DNA of 32,000 nt from Candidatus Saccharimonadota bacterium (GTDB lineage Bacteria > Patescibacteriota > Saccharimonadia > Saccharimonadales > UBA4665), in the NCBI GenBank assembly GCA_003516025.1, contig CP023991.1, positions 120,001 to 152,000 of the forward strand. The letters run 5' to 3'. The notes under the pieces are model-generated. The model was not told where the DNA came from. It made no database searches and was given only the letters and a program-made list of their open reading frames with translations. Below are positions 15,718 to 24,861 of this stretch, piece by piece. How positions within the stretch are numbered: position 1 is the first letter of the stretch; every line of letters starts with the position of its first letter. The position numbers were made by a program, and so were the translations under genes.

Positions 15718-17268
15718 ATGAATAGCGTTGTCTACGTCCGAGTATCGACCGATGAGCAAGTGCAGGGCACGAGCTTAGATATGCAACAGAAGCAGTGCTT
15801 AGAGTTTGCGAAATCGCATGGCTGGAATGTGCCCAAAGAAAACATCTTTCGTGATGAGGGTGAATCGGCAAAGGCCACTAATCGGCCGCAACTGTTGGCT
15901 ATGCTGGAACATTGCCGCAAGAACAAAGGCAATACTGAAAAGTGCATAGTCTGGAAGCTGGACAGGTTTGCACGTAACTCTGACGACCATGTGATGATCC
16001 GTGCCATTCTGCGCAAGAATGGTGTATCGTTGGTGTCGGTCACTGAGCCAATTGACGACAGCCCGACCGGCAAGCTAATGGAAACTGTGCTATCTGGCTT
16101 CGCACAGTTCGATAACGAGGTGCGAACACACCGCACGACTGAGGGTATGAAAAAGCGTTTAGAGCAGGGTGGATGGCCTCACGACGCGCCCATTGGCTAC
16201 GTAAAGGCTCGGACACGTGAGGGCGTAACCACCATTGCACCGCACCCAGTGATGGCGGCCAAGCTGACCATGTTCCTAGAAACCTTTTCAACTGGCCAAT
16301 ACACGGTCAAGCAAGCCGCTGACCTTGCCTATGAATTGGGCATACGAAACGGTAGGGGCGCAAAGCGCACATGGCAAACTGTCGAGAACACAATCAAGAA
16401 CCCCATCTATGCTGGGTTTATTCAGTCAAAGTATACCTATGGCAATCGGTATGTCGGCTTGCACCAACCTTTAATCACCGAAGCGACTTTCAATAAAAAC
16501 CAGCGTATTCTTGCTGGTAAGCAAAAAGGTTTTACCCGAGGAGATGAGAATGATTACCCATTGCGACGTGATTTTCTACGTTGCATACACTGCCTTAAGT
16601 TTGTGACCGCGAGTGCACCAAAAGGGGCGAGTGGCATCAAATATCCACGTTACGGCTGTATCTACTGTAAGACCGCGGTCATCGGTAAAAAGGTTAGCAA
16701 ATCGAGCGAGCAGGTACATAAAGAGTTTCGTGAAATCTTGTCGCGAATTCGTTATAAAGAGAATCACCTCAAAGTCTTCAAGCGCATTGTACTGCAGCGC
16801 TGGTGCGATGAGTATGACGACGCACTTAAAGCGGTCTACCAAGTTAACAAGGAGCTTGATGCCTTAAAGACCGAGCGTGCAAAAGTTAATCGCAAATTCG
16901 CTCGTGATGAGTACAGCTTTGCTGAAAAGCAGGAGCTAATTAGCGATATTGACGCTGAGATTGCCAATTTTATGAAAAAGAAAGTTGAAGCCGACGAGTA
17001 CGCCGACCAAAAGGAGCAAATCGTGGATAATGCGATGCTGTTTATGAATGATCCGTCCGAGTTCTGGAACAGAGCGCCACTACAGATACAAAAGGCCGTT
17101 CAGCACACGCTTTTCCCATACGGATTGGCTTATGACTTCGAAAATGGTTTTGGAACTATTGAGCTGAACGAATCATATCTGTTGCTACAAAAAATAGCGC
17201 CCGAAGACGCTAATGATTCTATTGTGGTAGCGGCAACTGGACTTGAACCAGTGACCTTCGGCTTATGA
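15718..17268 (+). CDS. large serine recombinase (resolvase-domain integrase)
   Basis: N-terminal resolvase catalytic motif VVYVRVSTDEQ with ...DRFARN.... A recombinase domain follows, then a Zn-ribbon (CIHC...CIYC) and a C-terminal coiled coil. The last 14 codons are complementary to the tRNA gene. Confidence 0.9.
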   Translation: MNSVVYVRVSTDEQVQGTSLDMQQKQCLEFAKSHGWNVPKENIFRDEGESAKATNRPQLLAMLEHCRKNKGNTEKCIVWKLDRFARNSDDHVMIRAILRKNGVSLVSVTEPIDDSPTGKLMETVLSGFAQFDNEVRTHRTTEGMKKRLEQGGWPHDAPIGYVKARTREGVTTIAPHPVMAAKLTMFLETFSTGQYTVKQAADLAYELGIRNGRGAKRTWQTVENTIKNPIYAGFIQSKYTYGNRYVGLHQPLITEATFNKNQRILAGKQKGFTRGDENDYPLRRDFLRCIHCLKFVTASAPKGASGIKYPRYGCIYCKTAVIGKKVSKSSEQVHKEFREILSRIRYKENHLKVFKRIVLQRWCDEYDDALKAVYQVNKELDALKTERAKVNRKFARDEYSFAEKQELISDIDAEIANFMKKKVEADEYADQKEQIVDNAMLFMNDPSEFWNRAPLQIQKAVQHTLFPYGLAYDFENGFGTIELNESYLLLQKIAPEDANDSIVVAATGLEPVTFGL

Positions 17269-17301
17269 GTCCGACGCTCTAACCAGCTGAGCTATGCCGC
17301 C
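17225..17301 (-). tRNA. tRNA with CAU anticodon (Met elongator or Ile2/lysidine), CCA encoded
   Basis: Manual cloverleaf, 77 nt: GGCGGCA-UA-GCUC-AGCUGGUUA-GAGC-G-UCGGA-CUCAUAA-GCCGA-AGGUC-ACUGG-UUCAAGU-CCAGU-UGCCGCU-A-CCA. There is a G1:U72 wobble and an A31/G39 mismatch. Confidence 0.85.
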
Positions 17302-17330
17302 TTATTTCTGTTAAGCGTGGTTAACTCGAA

Positions 17331-17339
17331 GATTGTAGC
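17331..17339 (-). promoter_or_regulatory. extended -10 (TGCTACAAT) for the tRNA gene
   Basis: The reverse complement of ATTGTAGCA at 17331-17339 lies about 30 nt upstream of the tRNA 5' end. No good -35 was seen. Confidence 0.45.
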
Positions 17340-17375
17340 ATGATTTCCCTCTGTTGGCTAGCATCTGTGACAAAT

Positions 17376-18137
17376 CTAGTATTCTTGAATACCTAAGTAA
17401 ATGACTGCAGCCAAACCGATGCAAATAATGATAACCCTCAGCCAGTGCGACGAGATTTTTTGAGCGCAGCGGGCACCGACGTAACCACCAATAGTGGTGC
17501 CAATGCCCATCATAATACCGAAGTGCCAATCGATGAGGTGAGTGCTCCACAAACAGGCCACCGAGGCGCCAGAAATAAAAACTGCCGAAACATTTTTCAT
17601 AGCATTCATCATATGCGCGTCGTGCAAACTGGTAAAACCGAGAAAAGCCAGCATGATAAATCCGTAACCAGCGCCAAAGTAGCCGCCGTAAAAGGCCAAG
17701 GGAATTAACGCGAAAGCCAATATAAGCATGGGCAACCAGGCACGGCTACGGCCGGTAACATGACGGTGCAGGTGGAAATGCAGAAATGGCTGCAAAATGA
17801 ACAATACGACGCCAAACAGGACCAGTCCCGGGACAATATGGGCGAAATGATCTGCCGGTGTACCACGCAGCGTTAGTGCTCCGGCAATCGCACCAATAAG
17901 ACAGGGAATAATCAGCCAGATATAGCGCAGGGGTACTTTTGCGAGATATTTGCGGTAACCGAAAGCAGAAGTTATTTGGCCGGGAGTAGTCACGATATTA
18001 CCGGTGGCGTTAGCGACAAGCGGCGGTAAACCAAGCGCGACCAACACCGGAAAGCCAATCAGCATGCCGCCGCCGGCAATCGCGTTCATACCACCAACAA
18101 TAATGCCGGCGCAAATCAGCAGGATATCTTGAAGCAT
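17376..18137 (-). CDS. TauE/SafE family anion (sulfite-type) exporter membrane protein
   Basis: A 253-aa polytopic membrane protein with Gly-rich helices (GGMNAIAGGGMLIGFPVL; GGYFGAGYGFIML) typical of the TauE/SafE (DUF81) family. Confidence 0.65.
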   Translation of the reverse strand: MLQDILLICAGIIVGGMNAIAGGGMLIGFPVLVALGLPPLVANATGNIVTTPGQITSAFGYRKYLAKVPLRYIWLIIPCLIGAIAGALTLRGTPADHFAHIVPGLVLFGVVLFILQPFLHFHLHRHVTGRSRAWLPMLILAFALIPLAFYGGYFGAGYGFIMLAFLGFTSLHDAHMMNAMKNVSAVFISGASVACLWSTHLIDWHFGIMMGIGTTIGGYVGARCAQKISSHWLRVIIICIGLAAVIYLGIQEY

Positions 18138-18180
18138 TAGCTCTATTTTTTCACACTTTTTGGGTTTTTCCTAAGGAGGG

Positions 18181-18600
18181 TTATAAAAACAGCTCAGGCT
18201 TAGCTTGGCGTAGGTTCTGCCAGCATGGTTCAAACAAGGGACTGGGCAAATCCTTGAATGTATTCCAGCTTTGAGCTTTACATTTGTCCGGTTCGGTAAT
18301 GGAAGGCTCGCCGCTCAACCAATCACTTTGCATCCATATAGATATGTAGTGCTTATCGGCAGCAAATATGTCGTTGGTAAGTGTCAGTAAACGTACATTG
18401 GTTATGTGTAAGCCGGTTTCTTCAAAAACTTCACGTGCTGCGCAGTCTTCCCAACTTTCGTTAATTTCAAGATGTCCGCCTGGAACGCTCCAGGTTCCCT
18501 CGCCGTGTGAACCAAATCGCTGCTGCATAAGGAATTTATTGTCTTTCCACACAAAACAGGCGAGGCCGACACGGACTGTGGACGCTCGAAAACTAGGCAT
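18181..18600 (-). CDS. NUDIX hydrolase
   Basis: Nudix box GGHLEINESWEDCAAREVFEETGL. Start chosen at M33 (ATG 18600-18598), which overlaps the upstream stop as ATGCCTAG. Confidence 0.85.
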   Translation of the reverse strand: MPSFRASTVRVGLACFVWKDNKFLMQQRFGSHGEGTWSVPGGHLEINESWEDCAAREVFEETGLHITNVRLLTLTNDIFAADKHYISIWMQSDWLSGEPSITEPDKCKAQSWNTFKDLPSPLFEPCWQNLRQAKPELFL

Positions 18601-19162
18601 TTTGAATTTCCTGATACCAAGCAATGAAAGCTTTCCAACCTTCTGAGACCTCCCGGTCTGATACGTCGATACCGTGGTCATATACTTCGGAAACACTCAA
18701 GCCTTTGTCGAAGGGCATGGTAAGGATTCTTTGCCAGCTAGTGCCGTAATTTCCACGGGCTTTTGGGAGCAGTTCGCCGGTATATTCGATCAAAATCACC
18801 TTTTCCTGTTGGCCGTCGCTGAAGGCAATGCGCTGGGACAAAATGGCTCGCCGATCGGTAAGAGAGCTGGTAAGGCGGATAAAATCGTCGGCCGTAAACC
18901 AATGTATGACCGATTTCATGTATGGCCCAGGGAAGCCTTTGAGGCCCGGAATTGACCAAGAATCGTCATTAACTACCACTGGTCTCTGCACGGCAGTATA
19001 GGCTTTTCGGACTTTATCGAGCACGATTGCTTCGCCGTCTTCGCCTTGGATCTCGTCGATGTCTAGGTTGGCTTGCAATAGTGTAATCCCATGATTAGTA
19101 AAGGTTTTTTCTGCGATATGAAACTTTTCGGCGTTACCAGTAGCGAAAGTTAGTTCGGTCAT
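18593..19162 (-). CDS. non-canonical purine NTP pyrophosphatase (Ham1/RdgB/ITPase family)
   Basis: The motifs FATGNAEKF, DEIQGE and NDDSWSIPGLKGFPGPYMK match the Ham1 family signature. Confidence 0.8.
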   Translation of the reverse strand: MTELTFATGNAEKFHIAEKTFTNHGITLLQANLDIDEIQGEDGEAIVLDKVRKAYTAVQRPVVVNDDSWSIPGLKGFPGPYMKSVIHWFTADDFIRLTSSLTDRRAILSQRIAFSDGQQEKVILIEYTGELLPKARGNYGTSWQRILTMPFDKGLSVSEVYDHGIDVSDREVSEGWKAFIAWYQEIQNA

Positions 19163-19170
19163 TTGCTAAG

Positions 19171-19179
19171 ATTATAACA
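19171..19179 (-). promoter_or_regulatory. extended -10 TGTTATAAT, 8 nt upstream of the Ham1 ATG (leaderless candidate)
   Basis: It is the reverse complement of ATTATAACA. It lies inside the 18-bp gap between the divergent Ham1 and tilS start codons. Confidence 0.5.
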
Positions 19180-19180
19180 A

Positions 19181-20062
19181 ATGGACATTACATTAGACCC
19201 TGGTACCTATGTTGTCGCCGTTTCTGGTGGCGTTGATTCGATAGTGCTTTTGCATATATTACATAATCGGACAGGATTGAAATTAACAGTTGCCCATTTC
19301 GACCATGGTATCCGCGAGGATTCGCGGCAGGACCGTCAATTGGTGCAGCGAATTACCGAAAGCTACGGTTTGCCATTTGTGTATGCTGAGGGCCATTTGG
19401 GACCGCAAGCCAGTGAGGCGGCGGCCCGTAAAGGGCGGTATGAATTCTTACATAAAGTTAGACAGGCGAGCGGTGCTCGGGCAGTTATTATGGCCCATCA
19501 TAAGGATGACGCTTTAGAAACGGCAGTTATCAACTTGTCACGCGGAACGGGTAGAAAAGGTTTGACCAGTTTACAGAATACCCGTCTTATTGAGCGCCCA
19601 CTTCTAAATATTACCAAACAAGAACTGCAGGATTATGCCCGTCAACGAAGTTTGCAGTGGCGCGAGGATAGTACAAATAGTAATCCAGCTTATCTGCGTA
19701 ACTATGTCCGCCAGGTGGTGGCCGACAAGTTTGCTAGTGAAGATAAGCATCGACTACATGACATCATCAGTAGGCAGCGGGGAGTGAACATTGAGCTGGA
19801 CGAACTGTTAGGCCGACAGCTGCAAACCTATTCCGCTGGCATGGAGTTGGACCGCAAGTGGTTCATTACCTTGCCACACAATGTGTCCCTAGAAGTCATG
19901 GCGCAGTGGCTTCGTGATAACGATATCCGTAGTTTTGATAAAAAAACGCTTGAACGCTTGACTCATGGGGCTAAAATACATGCTATAGGCCGCCGTCTGC
20001 CTGTCGGAAAGTCGGTGTTCCTGAGAATTAGCCAAGAGTTTTTGGCACTCGAAACCTCATAG
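19181..20062 (+). CDS. tilS: tRNA(Ile)-lysidine synthetase, short form
   Basis: PP-loop VAVSGGVDS, HFDHGIR, and the family pattern AHH.DD..ET....L.RG.G. At 293 aa it lacks the long C-terminal domain. Confidence 0.85.
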   Translation: MDITLDPGTYVVAVSGGVDSIVLLHILHNRTGLKLTVAHFDHGIREDSRQDRQLVQRITESYGLPFVYAEGHLGPQASEAAARKGRYEFLHKVRQASGARAVIMAHHKDDALETAVINLSRGTGRKGLTSLQNTRLIERPLLNITKQELQDYARQRSLQWREDSTNSNPAYLRNYVRQVVADKFASEDKHRLHDIISRQRGVNIELDELLGRQLQTYSAGMELDRKWFITLPHNVSLEVMAQWLRDNDIRSFDKKTLERLTHGAKIHAIGRRLPVGKSVFLRISQEFLALETS

Positions 20063-20114
20063 TGCTAGAGGGCGCTAGATTAAAGCATACTGAGAGGGTA
20101 TAATAACCAAACAT

Positions 20115-21998
20115 ATGGATAAAAAACCGTTTTCTTCGAAAAAACCCTTAAAAAGTCCGAAGGGGGGCAAACCACAAAAGCGCGGCATGAAAAATGTGGC
20201 ATTTATCGCCATAGTCGTCCTGTTCGCGCTCGTTATCATAGCTGCTTACGGGCAGCCGAAGCGGCAGACTGAAATCTCGACGTCTCAGGCTGTCACGGAC
20301 GCTAATGCCGGCCGCTATTCCAAGATTGAGAAAAAGGGTAACGAGCTGTTAATTACCGAAGATGGTAAGAAAACACCAACTCTTAAGACGTACATTGATC
20401 CAAATGCCACGCTAAAGGAAGAGGGCTTCAATACTTCGAAGTTTGAGGTCAAGAACGATCCCGACTCTTCTTCGGGTTCATTATGGGGTTCTTTGCTGAT
20501 TTCACTGCTGCCGGTGATTATTATCGGCGGTTTACTGTACTTTATGCTTAAAAGCGCTCAGGGCCAGGGTAACCAGGCTATGTCGTTCGGTAAAAGCCGC
20601 GCCCGTTTGTATGGCAATGAAAAAGACAAGGTTATGTTTAACCAGGTCGCTGGCCAGGCTGAAGCTAAGCAAGATCTCGAAGAAGTCGTGGAATTTCTTA
20701 AATTTCCCAAGAAATTCGCAGGCGTTGGCGCCCGCATTCCTAAGGGTGTCCTGTTAGTAGGTCCTCCTGGTACCGGTAAGACTATGCTGGCCCGCGCTGT
20801 CGCCGGTGAAGCGAACGTTCCGTTCTTCAGCATTTCCGGTTCTGAATTCGTAGAAATGTTCGTCGGTGTTGGCGCGTCACGCGTCCGTGATCTGTTCGCA
20901 AAGGCTAAAAAGAATGCCCCATGTATTATCTTCATCGATGAAATCGACGCTGTCGGCCGTCGTCGTGGTAGCGGCATGGGTGGCGGCCACGATGAGCGTG
21001 AGCAAACCCTCAACCAGATTTTAGTTGAGATGGATGGTTTCGAACAAGGTCAGAACGTTATCGTGCTTGCCGCGACCAACCGCGCTGACGTGCTTGACCC
21101 GGCCTTACTGCGCCCGGGCCGTTTCGACCGTCGTGTCGGTATTGGTTTGCCGGATCGTCCTGACCGGTTGGCTATTCTGAAGATCCATTTCGAAAAGAAG
21201 CCACTTGGTAAGTCTGTTGACTTAGACGCTCTCGCGGCTAAAACCGCCGGTTCTTCTGGCGCGGACCTTTCCAATATCGCTAACGAAGCAGCGATTATCG
21301 CCGCTCGCAATAATCACGCCGAAATTACCCAGCATGATGTCACTGAAGCCTTTGAGCGCGTTGCCATTGGCCCGGAACGTAAGAATAAGATTATGACCGA
21401 AGCTGACAAGGTCACTACTGCCTATCACGAAGCTGGCCACGCTTTGGTCGGTCACGTCTTGCCGGATAGCGACCCCGTACATAAAGTTACTATCATCCCT
21501 CGTGGTGGTACCGGTGGTGTAACCTGGTTCCTGCCACCGGAAGATAAGGTATATACCTCGCTCATTGAGTTCAAAGATGTTTTAGCCCGTGCTCTCGGTG
21601 GCCGTATCGCCGAAGAAGTCATTCTGGGCAAAGACCGCATTACCACCGGTGGCGGCAATGACTTACAGAAAGCTGCCGAAATTGCCCGTGACATGATTGT
21701 TAACCAGGGTATGGGTACGAAACTTCGTGATCAGGTCTTCCATGTCGAAGAAGGCATGATGATGGAGCGCATGGTATCCGAACGGACTTATTCAGAAGAC
21801 ACCGCCAAGGTTATTGACCAGGAAGTTGAATCGCTCATAACCGAAGCAGGTGAGCGCGCCCGGGCTGTCATCAAAGGTAACTTAGACAAACTTGAGGTGT
21901 TAAAAGATCGTTTGCTTGAAAAAGAGACCGTTGATGCCGATGAAGTCGCTGACATCTTCCAGTCGGCGGTACTGCCGAAGACGGCCGCGCTATACTAA
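20115..21998 (+). CDS. ftsH: ATP-dependent zinc metalloprotease FtsH
   Basis: Two TM helices, Walker A GPPGTGKT, Walker [12 protein letters not shown], and the zinc motif HEAGHAL. Confidence 0.97.
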   Translation: MDKKPFSSKKPLKSPKGGKPQKRGMKNVAFIAIVVLFALVIIAAYGQPKRQTEISTSQAVTDANAGRYSKIEKKGNELLITEDGKKTPTLKTYIDPNATLKEEGFNTSKFEVKNDPDSSSGSLWGSLLISLLPVIIIGGLLYFMLKSAQGQGNQAMSFGKSRARLYGNEKDKVMFNQVAGQAEAKQDLEEVVEFLKFPKKFAGVGARIPKGVLLVGPPGTGKTMLARAVAGEANVPFFSISGSEFVEMFVGVGASRVRDLFAKAKKNAPCIIFIDEIDAVGRRRGSGMGGGHDEREQTLNQILVEMDGFEQGQNVIVLAATNRADVLDPALLRPGRFDRRVGIGLPDRPDRLAILKIHFEKKPLGKSVDLDALAAKTAGSSGADLSNIANEAAIIAARNNHAEITQHDVTEAFERVAIGPERKNKIMTEADKVTTAYHEAGHALVGHVLPDSDPVHKVTIIPRGGTGGVTWFLPPEDKVYTSLIEFKDVLARALGGRIAEEVILGKDRITTGGGNDLQKAAEIARDMIVNQGMGTKLRDQVFHVEEGMMMERMVSERTYSEDTAKVIDQEVESLITEAGERARAVIKGNLDKLEVLKDRLLEKETVDADEVADIFQSAVLPKTAALY

Positions 21999-22080
21999 GC
22001 GCTGTTGTATTTTGTGAGCTAAAGGTGCGACAATAAGACAATGATACGTCGTTGCTGTTTAGAGTGGGGAGCATAGTGTA

Positions 22081-24780
22081 ATGGCTGATACGAATCCGCA
22101 AACGGACACTGTTAACCAGCCTCTTGAGGCCGGTGTTGTCCTGCTGCTCCAGGTCCCCCGTACCAATGATAAAAAAGAGCTGGCCGCTGAACAGATGTTT
22201 GCCAGTCTCTACGGACTTTTGACTATTCCCGCAAAAGGGCTGTTTAAAACCACTGTCCGCGAACGGTTAAGCTTTGAAATCGCGGTTATTGACAAGCGTA
22301 TCGGTTTTTACGTATGGGTGCCCGAGTACCTGAAAAGTTTCGTCGAAGAGCAGATTTATGCTCAGTATCCAAGCGTCCAAATTTCTGAAGTACCGGATTA
22401 CACACTGCCATCGGCCGAGGGACCGGCGCGGACATATGCCTCCACGCTTGCCACCGAGCTAAAGTTTACGGGCCCGGAAATGCTCCCGATTAAAACTTTT
22501 CAGAGTTTTGAGGTCGACCCGTTAGCGGCCATAACCGCGACCCTGGCTAAATTTGAACTTGACGAGCAGGCTTGGCTGCAGATGACTATTCGTCCCGCCA
22601 CACAAAACTGGCACCGTAAAAGTGAGCAGTATATCGCTAAATTAAAGGGTGGGAATAAAACGAGCGTAACCGGCCTGATGAGTGCCTTATGGGCTCCGCC
22701 GGAATATAAAACTGAAGCGGCCAAACCGGCGGAGTATGATCAGGTACGTGCCAAAGGCGCCGAAGAGAAGTCGCAGAAACTGGCATTTGAAATGCAGCTG
22801 CGCATTGTCTACCGTGGCAATACGCCGTTGGCCCAGGCGCGGCTTCGTATGCAGTCCATTGTCGCTAGTTATAAACAGTTCAATTCGACCTATCTTAATG
22901 GTTTTGACGCTAAGCGCATTTCCGATGACCCGGCAATTCTTGCCATGTACCGGTCGCGGCTGTTTAATAAGCACGGCTATACGGCCAACATAGAAGAAAT
23001 CGCTACTTTATATCACTTGCCACATACCACGGTGGAAACGCCCTATATTTTATGGGCCAGTTCACAGACCGCTGAACCGCCGGCTAATTTACCGATGATC
23101 GGCAATGAATACCGGCCGGATTTATCACCGATAGCGACCACTAACTTCCGCGGTCACAATACCATGTTCGGCCTGACGCGCATTGACCGCAACCGCCACC
23201 TGTACATTATCGGTCAAACCGGTGTCGGTAAATCGGGTCTGCTTGAATTACTCACTATTTCGGATATATACAGCCCGTACGGTTTCGCGGTCATTGATCC
23301 TCACGGTGATTACGCTATTAATACGCTGCGCCGCATTCCGGCCGAGCGGGCGGCTGATGTGATTTACTTTAATCCGGCTGACACGGACTTTCCTATGGCT
23401 TTCAATCCAATGGAAGTCACTGATCCGAAATTGAAAACCCACACCGCTTCGGAACTGATTGGCGTGTTGAAACGGATGTTTGAAAGCTGGGGTCCGCGCC
23501 TGGAATATATTTTGCGCTATTCGCTTTTGGCGCTACTTGATTATCCCGATGCGACCATGTTGGATATCACTCGCATCCTGACAGACCGCAAATTCCGCCA
23601 GGAGGTAATCGGTTACGTGCAGGATCCGGTGGTGCGCCAGTTCTGGAACGTGGAATTTGCCAGCTGGAACGATAAGTTCGCCGCTGAAGCTGTAGCGCCG
23701 GTACTTAACAAAGTCGGTGCTTTTACGGCTAACCCGCTTGTCCGCAATATCATCGGCCAGCCTAAGAGCAGTTTTAATATCCGAAAGATCATGGATGAGA
23801 ATAAGATACTGCTTGTTAACTTGTCCCGCGGCCTGTTGGGAGAAGATAATGCCTCGCTGCTTGGAGCGCTACTCGTGACAAAAATACAGTTGGCGGCTAT
23901 GAGCCGGGCCGACATGCCGGCAGAGCAGCGTACGCCATTTTACCTGTATGTCGACGAATTCCAGAACTTCGCGACCGACAGTTTTGCTACGATTTTGTCC
24001 GAGGCCCGTAAATACGGCCTTAACTTGACGGTTGCCAACCAGTATACCGCCCAAATGGCAATTGAGGTTAAAGATGCCGTATTCGGTAACGTTGGTTCTA
24101 TTATTGCTTTCCGAATGGGCGCTGATGATGCCCGGGTAATGCTCCGTTACTTTGAGCCGCGGTTTGAAGAATATGACCTGGTCCACATGCATAACCGGCA
24201 TTTTGTGATCTCGCTTACCATAAACGGTGAAAAAACGCCGGCTTTTTCGGCGATCTCCCTTAATTTGCCGCCGCAACAGGCAGATTACAGCGCCGCCATT
24301 GTAGATAACAGCCGCGCGCTGTATGGCTCGAGCCGTGAATATGTTCAACGCTACATTAATGAGCGCTATCAGCTGGAAGATATGGTCGTGTCTACGGCAC
24401 CTGTATCGCAATTTAAGCCGAAGGCCCAACAACAGGCGGCTTTACAGGAAGCGCCTATCCAACCACCGGCGCGCCCCGCTCCTGTAGTTACTACTGCGCC
24501 AGCGCCAAAACCGGTTGTGAAGCCAAGCCCTCAGCCGGTGAATGAAACCCCGGTGGTGAAACCCAATTCCAAAATACAGGCAGTTCCTGAATCACAACCA
24601 ACCGAAGCTACGGAAGTTTTGGAAGCTCCGGCCAAACGGAAGCGAAAGCGTAATCGCAAACGTAAACCGACTACGGCTCAAACGGAAGTGTCCGTCGCTG
24701 CTCAGCCCGTGAAACAGGCACCGAAACAAGCAAAATTACCTACTCCCTCAAACGAAGAAACGGTCATTAATTTACGCTAA
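22081..24780 (+). CDS. VirD4/TraD/TraG-like (type IV coupling protein superfamily) P-loop ATPase, soluble, with C-terminal Pro/Lys-rich disordered tail
   Basis: Walker A GQTGVGKSG and Walker B LYVDEFQNF. EARKYGLNLTVANQY is typical of the T4SS-DNA-transfer/TraG-D_C families. No N-terminal TM helices are present. The last ~125 aa are low-complexity (PAPKPVVKPSPQP...KRKRKRNRKRKP). Confidence 0.7.
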   Translation: MADTNPQTDTVNQPLEAGVVLLLQVPRTNDKKELAAEQMFASLYGLLTIPAKGLFKTTVRERLSFEIAVIDKRIGFYVWVPEYLKSFVEEQIYAQYPSVQISEVPDYTLPSAEGPARTYASTLATELKFTGPEMLPIKTFQSFEVDPLAAITATLAKFELDEQAWLQMTIRPATQNWHRKSEQYIAKLKGGNKTSVTGLMSALWAPPEYKTEAAKPAEYDQVRAKGAEEKSQKLAFEMQLRIVYRGNTPLAQARLRMQSIVASYKQFNSTYLNGFDAKRISDDPAILAMYRSRLFNKHGYTANIEEIATLYHLPHTTVETPYILWASSQTAEPPANLPMIGNEYRPDLSPIATTNFRGHNTMFGLTRIDRNRHLYIIGQTGVGKSGLLELLTISDIYSPYGFAVIDPHGDYAINTLRRIPAERAADVIYFNPADTDFPMAFNPMEVTDPKLKTHTASELIGVLKRMFESWGPRLEYILRYSLLALLDYPDATMLDITRILTDRKFRQEVIGYVQDPVVRQFWNVEFASWNDKFAAEAVAPVLNKVGAFTANPLVRNIIGQPKSSFNIRKIMDENKILLVNLSRGLLGEDNASLLGALLVTKIQLAAMSRADMPAEQRTPFYLYVDEFQNFATDSFATILSEARKYGLNLTVANQYTAQMAIEVKDAVFGNVGSIIAFRMGADDARVMLRYFEPRFEEYDLVHMHNRHFVISLTINGEKTPAFSAISLNLPPQQADYSAAIVDNSRALYGSSREYVQRYINERYQLEDMVVSTAPVSQFKPKAQQQAALQEAPIQPPARPAPVVTTAPAPKPVVKPSPQPVNETPVVKPNSKIQAVPESQPTEATEVLEAPAKRKRKRNRKRKPTTAQTEVSVAAQPVKQAPKQAKLPTPSNEETVINLR

Positions 24781-24861
24781 AAGGGGTGTCACTCCGGCAG
24801 CGACTGGACTATACTTAAGCTCAGCAGGGCGCCACGGACGATTTACCGGCGCACCATATAA

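Larger units (their letters stand above)
8106..17252 (+). mobile_element. ~9.1 kb integrative island at tRNA(CAU), mobilised by a large serine recombinase
   Basis: The recombinase abuts and overlaps the tRNA. tRNA-3'-end-like repeats lie at both ends. The region is visibly lower in GC than the flanks (sampled 60-nt lines give 30-48% against 58-68%). Genes in the MerR-operon part of the island (cupin, Zn-ADH, AKR) and the 138-aa gene have strong AGGAGG-type SDs, unlike many core genes. Confidence 0.6.

Noticed and set aside
17311-17550. A 79-aa minus-strand ORF.
   Set aside because: It overlaps the 3' end of the TauE/SafE gene out of frame and covers the tRNA promoter region. No supporting signals were seen.
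20558-21013. A 151-aa minus-strand ORF and three 80-86-aa neighbours.
   Set aside because: They are antisense to ftsH and have Arg/Pro/Ser-rich shadow-frame composition.
23869-24432. A 187-aa minus-strand ORF (similarly 22500-22724, 22687-22974, 23248-23442 and 23613-23915).
   Set aside because: These are antisense to the VirD4/TraD-like ATPase, whose plus frame carries clear Walker motifs.
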